Assembly (NCBI GenBank): GCA_036630325.1 | Contig: CP142728.1 | Coordinates: forward strand, 806,001-870,000 | DNA length: 64,000 bases | Origin: Vairimorpha necatrix | Taxonomy: Eukaryota | Reading direction: 5' to 3' | In this document: in pieces, positions 23,659-37,200 of the stretch | Layout of the letters: each line of letters begins with the position of its first letter | Position numbering within the stretch: the stretch's first letter is position 1 | The notes under the pieces: generated by a model | Databases searched by the model: none | Seen by the model: the letters and a program-made list of their open reading frames with translations, nothing else | What the model was told of the DNA's origin: nothing | Position numbers and translations under genes: made by a program

Positions 23659-26600
23659 CTTAAAAATTGGGGTAATAAAAATATAAAAATATCAACAAAG
23701 TCAATGATGGCATTATATTTTTTATATATCTACTTCTACTATATTACACCAATAATGTTAAATGGTTTTTATTTTTTTTCGTGTTTTAAAACACACCAAT
23801 TTTATAACTTCATACTTATTGTGTCATTAAGATTTAATCTAGTTGAGATTCTCAAACTGATTTTTCGAAGAGCATGTATTATATTTTTATACATCTTTAT
23901 TCGAATTATGTTTTTGTAAAACTTAAATCCAATATATCATAAAGACATTTTTTAGAATTTTTTTAACATTTCCACAAAAAAAAAACGAAAACATATTACT
24001 CATAAAAATGTGTATAAATAGTATAAAACAATTGAACCTAAAACATTTAGAAGATACTTCATTATTGTTATTAGGTTGGTATGATTTAATTTTCTATTTA
24101 AGTTTTGCTTAGATGTAATTTCTACTTTTTTAGAAACCATGATCTTTCCTTTTTAAATTCACCCAGCACAGGTAGAAGTTTAAATAAAAAACAAGAAGAA
24201 GAACGAATCAAGCTGATAGCGTTATAAAAAAAAAATGCATACGCTAGTGTACTTTTAAAATATTAAGAAAAAACAATAATCAAAAATTAAAACAATAATA
24301 CTCATATAAAAAAAATATAAATGTAACAAATTGAAAATTTATCCAGGATATTTCAAATTTTTTAAAAGGATGCAAAGGTCTTATTGAAGATGATGAAAGT
24401 CGAGTTGTGCAAAGAGAATTAAAATACTATTAACTGGAGTGTCTTACACGATTATTGATTTTATATGATGAATAATGACTACTTTATTCAAGAAAAACTT
24501 TATAATATAAGGAAATGCATAAATGTTATATGTAAATAGATATTGGAAGTCCAACATACAGTGTTTATGTTTGTCTGAACAATACAATGTAAATTGATCC
24601 TGTTTCTAAAACAAATATTTTTTAAAAATAATCGAATCAGCTCTGTATGTCTGAAATAAATTAGATAAAAAAGATATTGCAGTAATTTTTATTTCGGAAT
24701 GATTTTTAACACGAACCACATAAATCTGAACTCAAATAGGAATTTTAGCATCCTATTAAATGCCCGAAACCGATAGGGTGTTTATACAAACAACTATGTA
24801 CATTCTGTCATTGTTTTTTACTTCTTCGTATTTCAATGTATTGATATGTTACACAAATGCCAAATATCTATAGAATAATTATCGACAATATAAAAATAAT
24901 CCAGAAAAAAATTATAATTTATAATATAAAATTCCATACTTCATATTCTACTATAATGTAACATATTGACGTATAAATTAAGAAGAGCACGAAGTTTACA
25001 CATTTTATATGGCGTATAATAATTTCGCATAAATGAAATTAATTATAGTTTAAAATGAAGTATTAGATTTTTTACGATGATAAAGACCTAAAAACATTTT
25101 GGATTGGTTTTAATCTAAATGGAAATAGAATCAGATTCTACTAGTGTTTTATTAGAAATCAAAACTCAGTTGTAAGTTCTGTATCTCATACATTGCGACA
25201 AAAAGATTAACGATACAATGATTTCTTTAAATATTGAAACCATATTTAGTTGTCATTGTTTATAGCAAAAATAAATAAAGCTATAGAAAACGTATGAACT
25301 GTAAAATAACTATAATATGTTATTGTTCAAACACCACAGTATATATGCAATTGAACTAGAGCCAGAAGACTGCAGTGAGACATGATACAGACAAAATACA
25401 TGAAATTAACTTGGAACCCAGAGAAAATTTAGATAATAAAGTACGGAAAAAAAATAAGCCATTATAGCCTAATTCTAGAGTTTTTCGGGTCGCTTCGCAA
25501 AAAACCTAAAGCCATGAGACAATTCTCAATTGTATATTTTTTTATTTCACTAATCTAATGCAAAAATTATTTTCATATTTTTAATTTATAATCGGAATCT
25601 ATTTATTTTATATTTATACGACTGTTTTTGATAAAAAAATTTTCTTTTTTAAATCAAGAGCCTATTTCTAAAAAATTATTGTTTTCTTTTTTTAGACATT
25701 AAAATGCATTTTGTTAATATTTTCTAATTTTTTGTTGGAGACAATATCCCGAGAGACACAAAGACGTTTTACAAATTCAGAAACATAATCTTATAAATTT
25801 AAATTGAAGTTTTCACTAAAAGGGGGTTACTTGTAAATATTGTTAATTACAGTCAAATTAAATAGATCCACGAGAGTTAAAATAATTTAATGTTATTCTT
25901 AAGTTTTAAAATAGTTTTTAAACATATATATCAATGAGAAACTCAATATTTTAGGAATATATGTTTCTTTTATAATTTCTTGCTATAGTATCCGATCAAA
26001 TATTGACGAAACATATTTTTACAAGTAGAGATTTGTTTGCCTGCATAAATCATTAAAAACATTTATGAAGAAGGGATGAGATATTACTTTAAAAAATTTA
26101 CTATTCTTGTAACAGCTACATCGATTTCCCACGTTGGTTATATACATTTACAACACCTCTTTAAGTAAAATTATATGTAAATGTCTTAAAAATTATCCCC
26201 CCAAAAAATATTAATCTTTTTGTCGCGGCCAAATAAGGGGCCTGGTCATGATGGTATGTTGCTTTATAATTTTTTTATGTGTTTCATCGTTTTATATATT
26301 AATTTTGTGGCTCAATGTTCATATTTAAGAAAATTTAATGATTTTGTTTGAATTTATCTCAAGCTAACAAAATATACCTGTATAATTTTATATTTTTGTA
26401 GGGCTACTGTCATGTCATAATGACATATCACATAAAATAAATCTGTCAAACATCTTATCACTGACCGGCAAAAGTCAATAAAAAAAAAACTTTAGAAATA
26501 TATTTATAATGTAAGATACAAACAATTAGTATTCTTGTTAAAACATACATTAAAAATAAAAAAAGAAGTGCATGTAATCAAATAGGAACAAGGCCAATGA

Positions 26601-26788
26601 AGCTATCAGTAAGTGAAGAAATAAAAATATATTTTAAGAGCATATGTACTTTATACTATATAAATTTATATACAATTATACATGATGTATTTATTTTTAT
26701 TATACAACACAAACTAACCATGAAAAAGTTTATATAATATTTTTATTATGTATAAGTCGACGTCAAATTGGCATCTATCATTATATAG

Positions 26789-26966
26789 TGTGGTATCCAC
26801 CACTGAGGAAAGTATGTAAAATGTTTTTATTGTTAATTTTAAATTTTCTTTCCATTACTCCGTACCCCTCTCCGGATAAAATGATTAAATAAATGTTGGG
26901 GGGAAAACTGGAAGAATTTGGCGGGTAATATTTATAAACCATTTTTATGATATTTGGGATATCATA
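26789..26966 (-). repeat. Solo LTR of the gag-only family, TSD TATAG
   Basis: Reverse-complement homolog of 12990-13168; TATAG at 26784-26788 and 26967-26971. Confidence 0.9.
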
Positions 26967-27475
26967 TATAGATGTCAAGTTTCTTGTTTTGTTGTTTGGT
27001 CGACAAATAAACAAAACGTATGTATAATAGACAATATAATTTTATATCTGAGAATTAGATATTAAATCATTTAATTATCAGAATTATCATGATTTAAGAT
27101 AAATTGTCAGTATAAGTTGTGTTCATGTATAATACTGTAGTATCATGTAGATTCAACTCTTTATAAAGCATCATTTAGAATTCATGTTTTTTTATACAAT
27201 TTTTACACAATTATAAATGTTGCTAATCTCAGATCACAATTTTGATCAGTGAATCAGTGATTAATCAATCATTTGCTGATTTATTAAAATAATTTTTTAC
27301 CCTTGTAAAATTTTATTTCATCCAATCTGATATTATATCATTTATTAAGTATTTTTAAACAATTATATAGTTTTCATATTTTATATTATAAGAATTTGTA
27401 TTAAGAAATATATTTATTTCTGATATTTTTCATAAATACTGATTAAAATCAAATATATTGATTTTTAATACACAA

Positions 27476-28722
27476 CACCAGGTTGATTCTGCCTGACGTA
27501 GACGCTATTCCCTAAGATTAACCCATGCATGTTTTTGATATGGAAAAATGGACTGCTCAGTAATACTCACTTTATTTAATGTATTAAATTAGTATAACTG
27601 CGTTAAAGTGTAGCATAAGACATATACAGTAAGAGTGAGACCTATCAGCTAGTTGTTAAGGTAATGGCTTAACAAGGCAATGACGGGTAACGGTATTACT
27701 TTGTAATATTCCGGAGAAGGAGCCTGAGAGACGGCTACTAAGTCTAAGGATTGCAGCAGGGGCGAAACTTGACCTATGGATTTTATCTGAGGCAGTTATG
27801 GGAAGTAATATTCTATTGTTTCATATTGTAAAAGTATATGAGGTGATTAATTGGAGGGCAAATCAAGTGCCAGCAGCCGCGGTAATACTTGTTCCAAGAG
27901 TGTGTATGATGATTGATGCAGTTAAAAAGTCCGTAGTTTATATTTAAGAAGCAATATGAGGTGTACTGTATAGTTGGGAGAGAGATGAAATGTGACGACC
28001 CTGACTGGACGAACAGAAGCGAAAGCTGTACACTTGTATGTATTTTTTGAACAAGGACGTAAGCTGGAGGAGCGAAGATGATTAGATACCATTGTAGTTC
28101 CAGCAGTAAACTATGCCGACGATGTGATATGATATTAATTGTATTAGATGATAGAAATTTGAGTTTTTTGGCTCTGGGGATAGTATGATCGCAAGATTGA
28201 AAATTAAAGAAATTGACGGAAGAATACCACAAGGAGTGGATTGTGCGGCTTAATTTGACTCAACGCGAGGTAACTTACCAATATTTTATTATTCAGAGAA
28301 GATTTTTAATCTGAGAATGATAATAGTGGTGCATGGCCGTTTTCAATGGATGCTGTGAAGTTTTGATTAATTTCAACAAGACGTGAGACCCTTTTATTAA
28401 TAGACAGACACAATCAGTGTAGGAAGGAAAGGATTAAAACAGGTCCGTTATGCCCTCAGACATTTTGGGCTGCACGCGCAATACAATAGATATATAATCT
28501 TTATGGGATAATATTTTGTAAGAGATATTTGAACTTGGAATTGCTAGTAAATTTTATTAAATAAGTAGAATTGAATGTGTCCCTGTTCTTTGTACACACC
28601 GCCCGTCGCTATCTAAGATGATATGTGTTGTGAAATTAGTGAAAACTACTTGAACAATATGTATTAGATCTGATATAAGTCGTAACATGGTTGCTGTTGG
28701 AGAACCATTAGCAGGATCATAA
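27476..28722 (+). rRNA. Microsporidian small-subunit (16S-like) rRNA
   Basis: CACCAGGTTGATTCTGCCTGAC start, GTGCCAGCAGCCGCGGTAA, GTACACACCGCCCGTC, GGATCATAA end; about 1.25 kb reduced length. Confidence 0.98.
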
Positions 28723-28751
28723 TAAGTTAAATTTAAATTGATTAGTGATTA
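28723..28751 (+). other. Short AT-rich ITS
   Basis: About 30 nt between the SSU end and the 5.8S-like segment; right boundary approximate. Confidence 0.75.
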
Positions 28752-30352
28752 TTACTTTACCCACACATGGGATCAATAGGATACCATAACGATGAAGGTC
28801 GTAATAGAATACGAAATTATATTATTTACCTAATTAATATATTTATAATGTATTGATAACCCTTTGAACTTAAGCATATCATTAAAAGGAGGAAAAGAAA
28901 CTAACTAGGATTTCTTTAGTAGCAGCGAGTGAACAAGAAAAGACCCTCCATTGTAATCCTTAATTGGAGTTGTAAATGGTTTATTCTATTAATTATATTT
29001 ATAGAGAATATTATATTCGTTATTAATAGAATAGAATAATGTACTTGAGTAGAGCTGCTTGGTAGTGCAGTTTGAATAAAGGTAGAATGAAATATCTAAG
29101 GTTAAATATAATGGTATACCGATAGAAAATAAGTACTGCGAAGGAACTTGTGAAAATGTGTGGAGTTTAGCCTTATTTTTAAGGACCCGTCTTGAAACAC
29201 GGACCAAGGAGATTATAATTATAGCAAGATAAAAATTAAATTTTTTAATCTTTATTAACTTGATTAGTTATAATTATAAGACCCGAAACACAGTGAACTA
29301 TACATGTTCTGGTTGAAGATAAACAACAGTTTATTGGAAGACCATAATCATTCTGACGTGCAAATCGATGATTTAAGATGTGTATAGTGGCGAAAGACCA
29401 ATCGAACTGTGTGGTAGCTGGTTCACAGCGAAATGTCTCTCAGGACAGCAGTTATTATTATATAGGACATAGATGTAGGACACTGTTATAGTTTTTTAAC
29501 TATGAAAAATCTTTAATTCTATGGAATTATATAAATTAAATTTATATAATGAATCTATTGTATAACTAGTGGGCACATGATTGTAAGAATGATGTGCAAA
29601 AAGGGATGAACCTTATGAAACATTAAATATTCTAAATAGTAGATATTATACCATAAATATGATGAATACATTGAGACAGTAGGGCGGTTGTTATGGAAGT
29701 AGAAATCCGCTAAGAAACGTGTTACAACGTACCTACCGAATGTATTATTGTATAAAATGGAAGAAGATTACTACTTTTATGAGATGTTTCTAATAAATAT
29801 TTAGGTAGCTGTGCAATTTGTTTGTATTGAAGTATATATGTGAGTGTATATAGAAGAAACAAATGAGCTGATCTTGGAGGCAGTAACAATATATTTGTAT
29901 AGATATAGACTAGGGTTTTCAATTATTATTGAAGTGAATCGGTGTTATTTATAAAAACAAAAAAGATTAATAATTCTTTATTAAATTATTATAAGGTAAC
30001 TTGATAATGACAGTATATTTCAATAAATTTAAGATAAATGAATTAAATTTTATTTTAACTATGGATTGTCATGATAAGAAATAGTTAATTATATATACTT
30101 GATAAAAATAAAATAATTTTAACCGTACCTATACCGCATCAGGTGTCTTTGTATCATAACAAATATTTTAAATTAAAGTAAGTAAGGGAATTCGGCAAAT
30201 TAGATCTGTAACTTTGGGATAAAGATTGGCTCTAGCATGCTAGAACTTTTACTATGTAAGGAATCTGACTGTTTATTAAAAACATAGCTTTTTGTATTTA
30301 CAAGAAGTGAATTCTGCCCAGTGCATTTATTGTTAAAGTTGTGTAAGCGAAT

Positions 30353-30405
<53 letters not shown>

Positions 30406-30504
30406 TTAATTGGTGACGCGCATGAATGGAGCAACGAGATTCCTACTGTCCCTACTTACAATTTTGTGAAACCACGAGACAAGGGAACGGGCTTGTTATT
30501 TATC

Positions 30505-30536
<32 letters not shown>

Positions 30537-30971
30537 TTAGTATGTTTTAATAAATATTCGGTATATTGTAGAGAGGTGGGAGAAGTATTGTGAAACCACT
30601 AGTATGTTTGAATATTTATTTATTAGAATATATGGGGAGTTTGGCTGGGGCGGTACAGCTGTTAAAAAGTAACACAGCTGTCCTAAGGTAGATGAATGAT
30701 GGATGGTAACCATCAGTTTATTATAAGGGAATAAATCTGCTTTACTTTATGCATATGACTGTATTTAGTAGGGAAACCTTGGCCTAGCGATCCCAATTAC
30801 ATTCATTATGTATTGGGTGATTGAAAAGTTACCACAGGGATAACTGGCTTGTAGCAGGCAAGCGATCATAGCGACTCTGCTTTTTGATTCTTCGATGTCG
30901 TCTCTTCTGATCATCGTAGTGTATATGTTACGAAGTGTTGGATTGTTCACCCGGTAATGAGGAACGTGAGA

Positions 30972-31013
<42 letters not shown>

Positions 31014-31245
31014 TAAGTATTTTTGAGTGAACTTTGATAGTACGAGAGGAACTCTAAGTGATGACCACTGGTAGTGCGATTAACTATTAAGTTATGTTGC
31101 TTAGCTACGTCGTTTCGATTAAGGCTGAAGGCCTCTTAAGCCTGAAGCGTAGCTCAAAGATACATTTAGGAGAATACTACTCTTTTAAGCAGAACTGTAA
31201 GAATGAAGGTGTATGCCGACATTTTGAGGTTACTGCTTTTTTTGT
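28752..31245 (+). rRNA. Large-subunit rRNA with fused 5.8S
   Basis: ACGATGAAG 5.8S motif, GAACTTAAGCATATC, ACCCGTCTTGAAACACGGACC, TTAAGGTAGCCAAATGCCTC, sarcin-ricin loop AGTACGAGAGGAAC. The 3' end is uncertain (31240-31300). Confidence 0.95.
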
Positions 31246-31300
31246 ATGTAAAGTAGGTGTTGTATACTATAAGAGAGCGTACTTTATGTCTAGATTTGGT

Positions 31301-31368
31301 ACCCTTACAAGAGAGAGTCTACGTCGCGGAGGGCGGGACCGATGTTTTTTAACTAGGTGCAGATCTCT
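31301..31368 (+). ncRNA. HDV-like ribozyme, degenerate copy
   Basis: Homolog of 38377-38445 with changes in P1 (ACCCTT/GGAGGGC), P3 (GAG/CGC) and L3 (TCTACGT). Confidence 0.7.
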
Positions 31369-31374
31369 ACCAAA

Positions 31375-34271
31375 ATGAAGGGTAAAGTAAGAGAAAGCAG
31401 GAGCGAGCTCAGTAGAGCAAAAAGTGACCACTTTGGTGGTCCAAACAACGATTTAGATACAGAAATGTATTTAAAACAACAAACTAAGCATGTATATGCT
31501 AGTAAAAGTTTCCCAAGTGTTACTTTCAAAAATGATGGAGAAATGGGCGCAACGGTCAGAACCCGGACTTTCCATAATATTTTACGTACTGAATCCGGGT
31601 ACTGACCGTAAAGTGGGGAAATGTTTTTTACGAACCATATCCCCAAGAGTCGAAATTTTACAGATTTGTTTAAATTTCATTCGCATTAACATTTCTTGAG
31701 TTATAAACATTTTTGTTTTTTAGATGATTTTTTCAAAAATATTTTACCCTTATGGTATGTATGGAGCCGCTTGACAGTAGGTCGAAAATATTCCAAGACC
31801 CACATGAGGAAATATGTTGGTTAGTGGATGAAAATCTACTAAAAACAACAATGGAATGTACGAAATGTCCTGGTATAATGATATTAACACCGGACGATTC
31901 GTACATGAACTGCCACCGGTTTAAGTGTAGGGGGAAGACTGGATGTGGAACATCAATCGGAGTTTTTGATAAAACTTCATTTTCTAATCCCCGAATACCT
32001 ATACATAATTATTTGTATATTCTGTATTCGTTCACTGAAAAGCAGTCTACACTAAACCTAAACAAAAATTCCCGGGTGTCTGCTTCCAGTGTCTTCAGGG
32101 CTAAAAAAAAATATACGAAGCACTGAAAAAAGAAAATCTCAAACACCAAAAAAAAAATTGGAGGATTTGAAGAAGTGACACAGCCGATGAAACGGTTATA
32201 GTAAAGGGGAAGTTTGTCAAAGCTCCAACGGAAAGATATGACACAGTCAAAAACTGTGTGTGGTTGGTAGGGACGATAGACGAGCGAACGTTAGAACTGA
32301 GAATCGAAATAGTACCTAACCGGACTATACAGACGATGACTCGGTTTTTTGTAAAGTATATAAAAAACGACACTACATGCATAACTGATGGTCATAAATC
32401 TTATCCCGCTGCAGTAGAATCTATCAACGGTGATCATCGCGTTGTAATTCATGATGAAGGCTTTAAAACAAAGCAGTAGAGACCACAAACTTAATAGAAG
32501 GTGTTTGGTCACATCTTAAATGTGATATAATAGCTAGAAAAGGGATCAAAGAAAGTGCTATCCCTGATTTTTTGGAAGAATTTAAGTGGAGAAGAAGATG
32601 TGCAATTTATAAAAACATCAAAAGTTCAAGAGAGTTCTTCATTGAAATTATCAAAGTTTTCTTAGAATAAAATGGTTTTTTATTATTATTATTTTTTTTC
32701 GTTTCTCTCCAAGGGGGGACCCTTAGAGAGAAAAAAAGTCCGGGTTCTGACCGATGCGCCGAGAAATGAAATATTTTCTCAAGAAAATCAAAATTCTTTC
32801 AGAAAGAATTAATAAAAATGATATTTTGGACACATCAAAAAAAGATAACAATAAAGATCTTATTGATCTTAAAAGATACATATCTAGCACTACTGAATTA
32901 GTATTGATTCAGCAGACATATTTGGAGCTCTTCCATGACAAGCTAGAAAGACAAAACATCAAACTAAAAAATTTGATTAAAAATAATGTGATGGATGACA
33001 GTGATCAAATTACTGAATCATCAAAAAACAAATTTGAGATAATGATTGAGAATCACTCAAAAGAATGTGTAGAACAAAAGGATTATAACTCCGATGTTCC
33101 AAATGATACCAGTAGCGAAACCCTTCAGTTAGCTACTGGAAACAATGATATTTCTAAATTAGAAATCATAAATGAAGATGTTTTAATTAATGTCAAAAAT
33201 ATCGTGTCTGCTGTCAAAGTAGAAGAAGAAGATCGATTGTCAGAAGATGGCAAAAGAAAATGTATAGGTGTCTCAAATGCGTCTACAAATACTATAATTA
33301 ATAAAAATATTAAAACAAAAGATGTTAAGCTAGACTTAGCTTCCATTAATAAAAAAGCAGTAGTTAGACATCTGTCAACTATCTCTGCTATTATAGCTGG
33401 TAAAAGAAAAGCTCCTAAGAATGGAGTAAAACTTTACCATACAAATGAAGACGGATGGACATCTGTCAAACACACATTCAAGCCTAAAGTCCAGATAGAC
33501 TTGAAGAAAAACAGAAGTGGCAAAACCACGCATAAATCCAACTTTATTAGATTTAAATCACTTAAAGTAGAATCCGGTGGCAATGTAAAAGTGCCCAAAA
33601 ATTCTATTCATGCAGCTTTACATGAGAAAAACAAAATATCTACTAAAGACTATAAAAAAGAAAGATTACAAAATCATAAAATAAATTTTACTCAAAAAAT
33701 GAAGAATAGAAAAAATGAGAAATGTCAACAAAAAAGAAGTTCAGTTTTACCAAAGAAAAACTGGGCCAAAGAGCTATCAGACGAAGCTCTTATGAAAATT
33801 ATAAAGGATGGTAGAATTATTTCCAATTGTAAGTTTAGGATAGCTCTTGTGTCTGGACTCGGATTGAAAGGGAAACCTCAATCTAGAGACGCTTGGGCAG
33901 CCTTAGCTGATGTGGAAAATAAAGATATACCACTTATAAAACAATTTAAAGATTCGGAAGTAGTACTTCTGATGATTAGAGAACACGTGTGCCAAAAGGT
34001 ACTAAGCAAGATTAAAGAAAAGTTCGGAGGTTCTAATATCTGCGATGAAGTTAATTTCTTTATCGACTTTTTGTCTTTAACAAAAACAACTGTTCTAGGA
34101 GAGCTGCAAAGACTCTCTGGAACGCATAAAAATTTTGTACCGCTTGTAAAAGCATGTTGGTACATAACTAAAGAATTAAATAAAGAAAAGCCAAACCATG
34201 GTTCTTTCATTTATTTAGAAAATATGATGGGTGAGCCTGCCCGAGAATCTAAGGACTTTAACAATGAATAA
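31375..34271 (+). pseudogene. LINE ORF1 (basic, coiled-coil-like), split by a Merlin insertion at 31546-32760
   Basis: MKGKVRES...KNDGEM joins KYFLKKIK... once the transposon and one TSD are removed; matches the uninterrupted start of copy 2 at 39333. Confidence 0.9.
31546..32760 (+). mobile_element. Merlin (IS1595/ISXO2-like) DNA transposon, frameshifted transposase about 31752-32670
   Basis: 26-bp TIR GGCGCA(A/T)CGGTCAGAACCCGGACTTT; 8-bp TSD GAGAAATG (31538-31545, 32761-32768); ADET, WLVGTIDE, ITDGHKSY and IEGVWS motifs. Confidence 0.93.
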
Positions 34272-37200
34272 AGTATCTTTGTTAAAGTCCTGTTATTATA
34301 GGAAATTATTTTCCTATAACAAGAGTGATATTTTCAAATCTCTAAATAAAAAAACGCATAATCCAATTGGATTTACTCAGATTAAAAATACTTTCCAAAC
34401 GACAACGAGATTGAAAAGTCTCAAGTATTTTTTCATTAGAAAGAATATGTGGTGGAAGAAAGTACAAGAACAATATTGTATTGTCAAGATACAAAGAATT
34501 CCTTATGGAGTGAAAGATCTCCTCAAAGACTTATGTAAGAAGAACTCTTTTTTGGAGAATTCCATTATTACAGCAAGAAAATATAGACGAAGGGACACGT
34601 CATTCACAAAAATAATAGTTGAAAAACTACATGCAAAGTTATTGATTAAGACAGTTAAAGCTAAAGGCTTTAAAGTTTTAAATGATAATAGAAAAGAACT
34701 AGAGAAATCTAGTAAAGTAAATAAAAAGACCAAAGAGAACATAAAACTCTTAAGTCTAAACATTAACCATCTCTCTAATAAGAGATTAGAACTTGAGTTT
34801 CTTCTTAAGAAGGAGAAACCAGAAATTATGTGCTTACAGGAAACTTGGAGACAATCTACAAGACCTTTAAAACTTGAAAAATACACTACAGTTGAAACAC
34901 CTAGTGGTGGAAAAAATAAACCAGGATTAATAACTCTGGTTAGAAATAATGGAGCGATCAGATGTTCCAAAAAAGGAACCGACTCAAACATTCTGCAAAC
35001 TGTAGTTGAGTTTAGTTCAGCAGGCAAATGGATTAAGTATTTAGTCTTAAATGTCTACATACCACAAAACAAGGATCTCAAAAGGGAGACCTTGGCCAGA
35101 TTATTTTCTCTTTTAGAAAAAGAGAATTTCAGAAATAACTATAGTGAGATCATAGTGATGGGAGATATGAATATGCAGAGTTCTAGTCTCAAGAAAAAAT
35201 TAAGTGTAGTTGGTTTGCCAGTTACAATTAAATATAACAGCAAAGATGGTACAAGGATTCTCAAAGATGGTAAAAGATCTAAGAGGAAAATTGATACCAT
35301 CTTTCGACTAAAAAGTAATGATAATGAGAAGATCATTATATCCAAGTCTTGGGTATTAAGTGATCACTTAGTGCTCAAAAGAAAAATTAAACTTGCCGTT
35401 GATAAGATCTCAGATCAACTAGTTTATGATAAGAAAATGCTGGAAAATCCAAAAGTGATTAAAAAGCTTAAAAAGAAGTTGTGTAATCAACAATTAAACA
35501 TGAATAATCTTCCTGAGATTATTCAAAAAGTTTGTACATCTTTGAAGATTTACAAAAAGAGAAGATTCCATACTGGACTTACAATGAGATGGAGATATTT
35601 AAAAGTCTTCAAAGAAAAACGTCTAGCAGCAAGAGCTGTTATGAAAAATTACAATGAAATCAACTCAATTAGATTCGAATATCTCAAAAAGAGAGTAGAC
35701 GAAACTAAAAAGTTGATTCGCAAAGATAGATCGAAACTTTGGGCTTTAAGAGGAATAAGGTTCTTTAAAAGTAATAGATCCCGAGAATTCTGGCAATGGC
35801 TGAAAAATAGAAGTGTCTCCATTCGTTTGGATCAAGTGGCTCTAATTGACCACAATAAGATTCTTCAGACTTGCCGAGCAAAGAAGCTAGAAATAGCGAA
35901 TAAATTTTACGCTGATTTGGCGTCAGAGAATGATATAGATGTCAATGTCTATGATAAAGTAGATCTTGTTGATCTTCCCCCAGAGATAACAGATGAAGAA
36001 TTTTTATCCGCACTGAAGAAATGTGGAAATAACAAAGCAGCCGGTCCTGATGAGATTCCAACCGAGCTATACAAATACTTACTGACTAGAGCAGTAAAAG
36101 ATAAATTCTTTAAATTCATGCTACATGAATTTAATAAATATATTTGTGGAAATAGTCCTCCTGAATACTGGAGCATGGCAAACATGATTTGCCTCCACAA
36201 AAAAGGAGATGAGACAGATCTGAATAATTATAGGGGAATCTCTTTAATTAACACAATTAGTAAGATCTATCTCAAGATAATAAATGACAGGTTAACTCAA
36301 TTTGTCGAAGAACAAGATATACTCTCTAGATACCAAGCAGGATTCCGAGCAGGTGAAGAGTGTATGAATCAGATTACATCTCTACTAGAAATAGTGAGAA
36401 GAAGAGAATTCAGAGGCCTGAACACAATAATGTGTTTCATTGACTTTGAAAAAGCTTATGATAATGTAAGTCATGACTTATTATTTGAGAAGCTTACAAA
36501 ACTTAATATCCCATTGTATTTAATCAATACAATAAAGGATATTTATAAATATACCACCATGCGTGTGAAAATTGGCGGTGACACGTCAAGTGGTTATAAC
36601 TACAGAAAAGGAGTGAGACAAGGGTGCCCTTGTTCTCCAATGCTATTCAATATATTCATCAATGATATTTTTGACGGCATAGAAGGAGTTTTGATCCCAA
36701 GGTCAAATACGAGAGTTCCGGGACTGATGTTCGCAGATGATATTGTTGTCTTCGGAAACAACATTGATGATCTTAATAATAAGATCAATAGAATTTCTAA
36801 TTGGGCAGTTAATAACAGAATGAAGATTAACTGCTCAAAAAGCGGAGTATTAGAATGGGCTGCTCATTCTAACATACAAGAATTCCGAAGTTTGTATTCT
36901 CTCAGTACAGACTTTGGTGTGATTGAGGAAGTCACTGAATACAGATATCTAGGTGTCTTAACTAAAAGAAACACGCTAGAAGAACACTTGGTCAAAGACG
37001 CAGCAATGCGTGGCAAGAAAGCCTTGGACGCCTTGATGCCCAAGTTGATGAATGGCAGCATCAATCTCTACTTCAAGGCGATCTTAATAAAATGTGTACT
37101 AGTACCCACACTAATGTATGGCAGTGAATTGTGGGGAATGTCAAGTACAAGAGCAGGTAAGATTAACAGGATCTTAAGAAAATCTATCAGAATGATATTC

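Larger units (their letters stand above)
19528..23697 (-). mobile_element. Ty3/gypsy retrotransposon with 79-bp LTRs, 5-bp TSD AAGTC
   Basis: 5' LTR 23619-23697; 3' LTR 19528-19540 plus 20286-20351 (split by a TRIM); AAGTC at 19523-19527 and 23698-23702; PBS TGGTGGAGAAT abuts the LTR; PPT 20352-20360. Confidence 0.92.

Noticed and set aside
26970-27475. 5S rRNA upstream of the SSU
   Set aside because: No 5S-like sequence is visible in this AT-rich spacer.
30375-30400. R2-type insertion inside the LSU
   Set aside because: The target TTAAGGTAGCCAAATG is uninterrupted; the LINE is downstream and APE-type.
27813-31378. ORFs overlapping the rRNA genes
   Set aside because: Incidental frames within or antisense to rRNA; no protein motifs.
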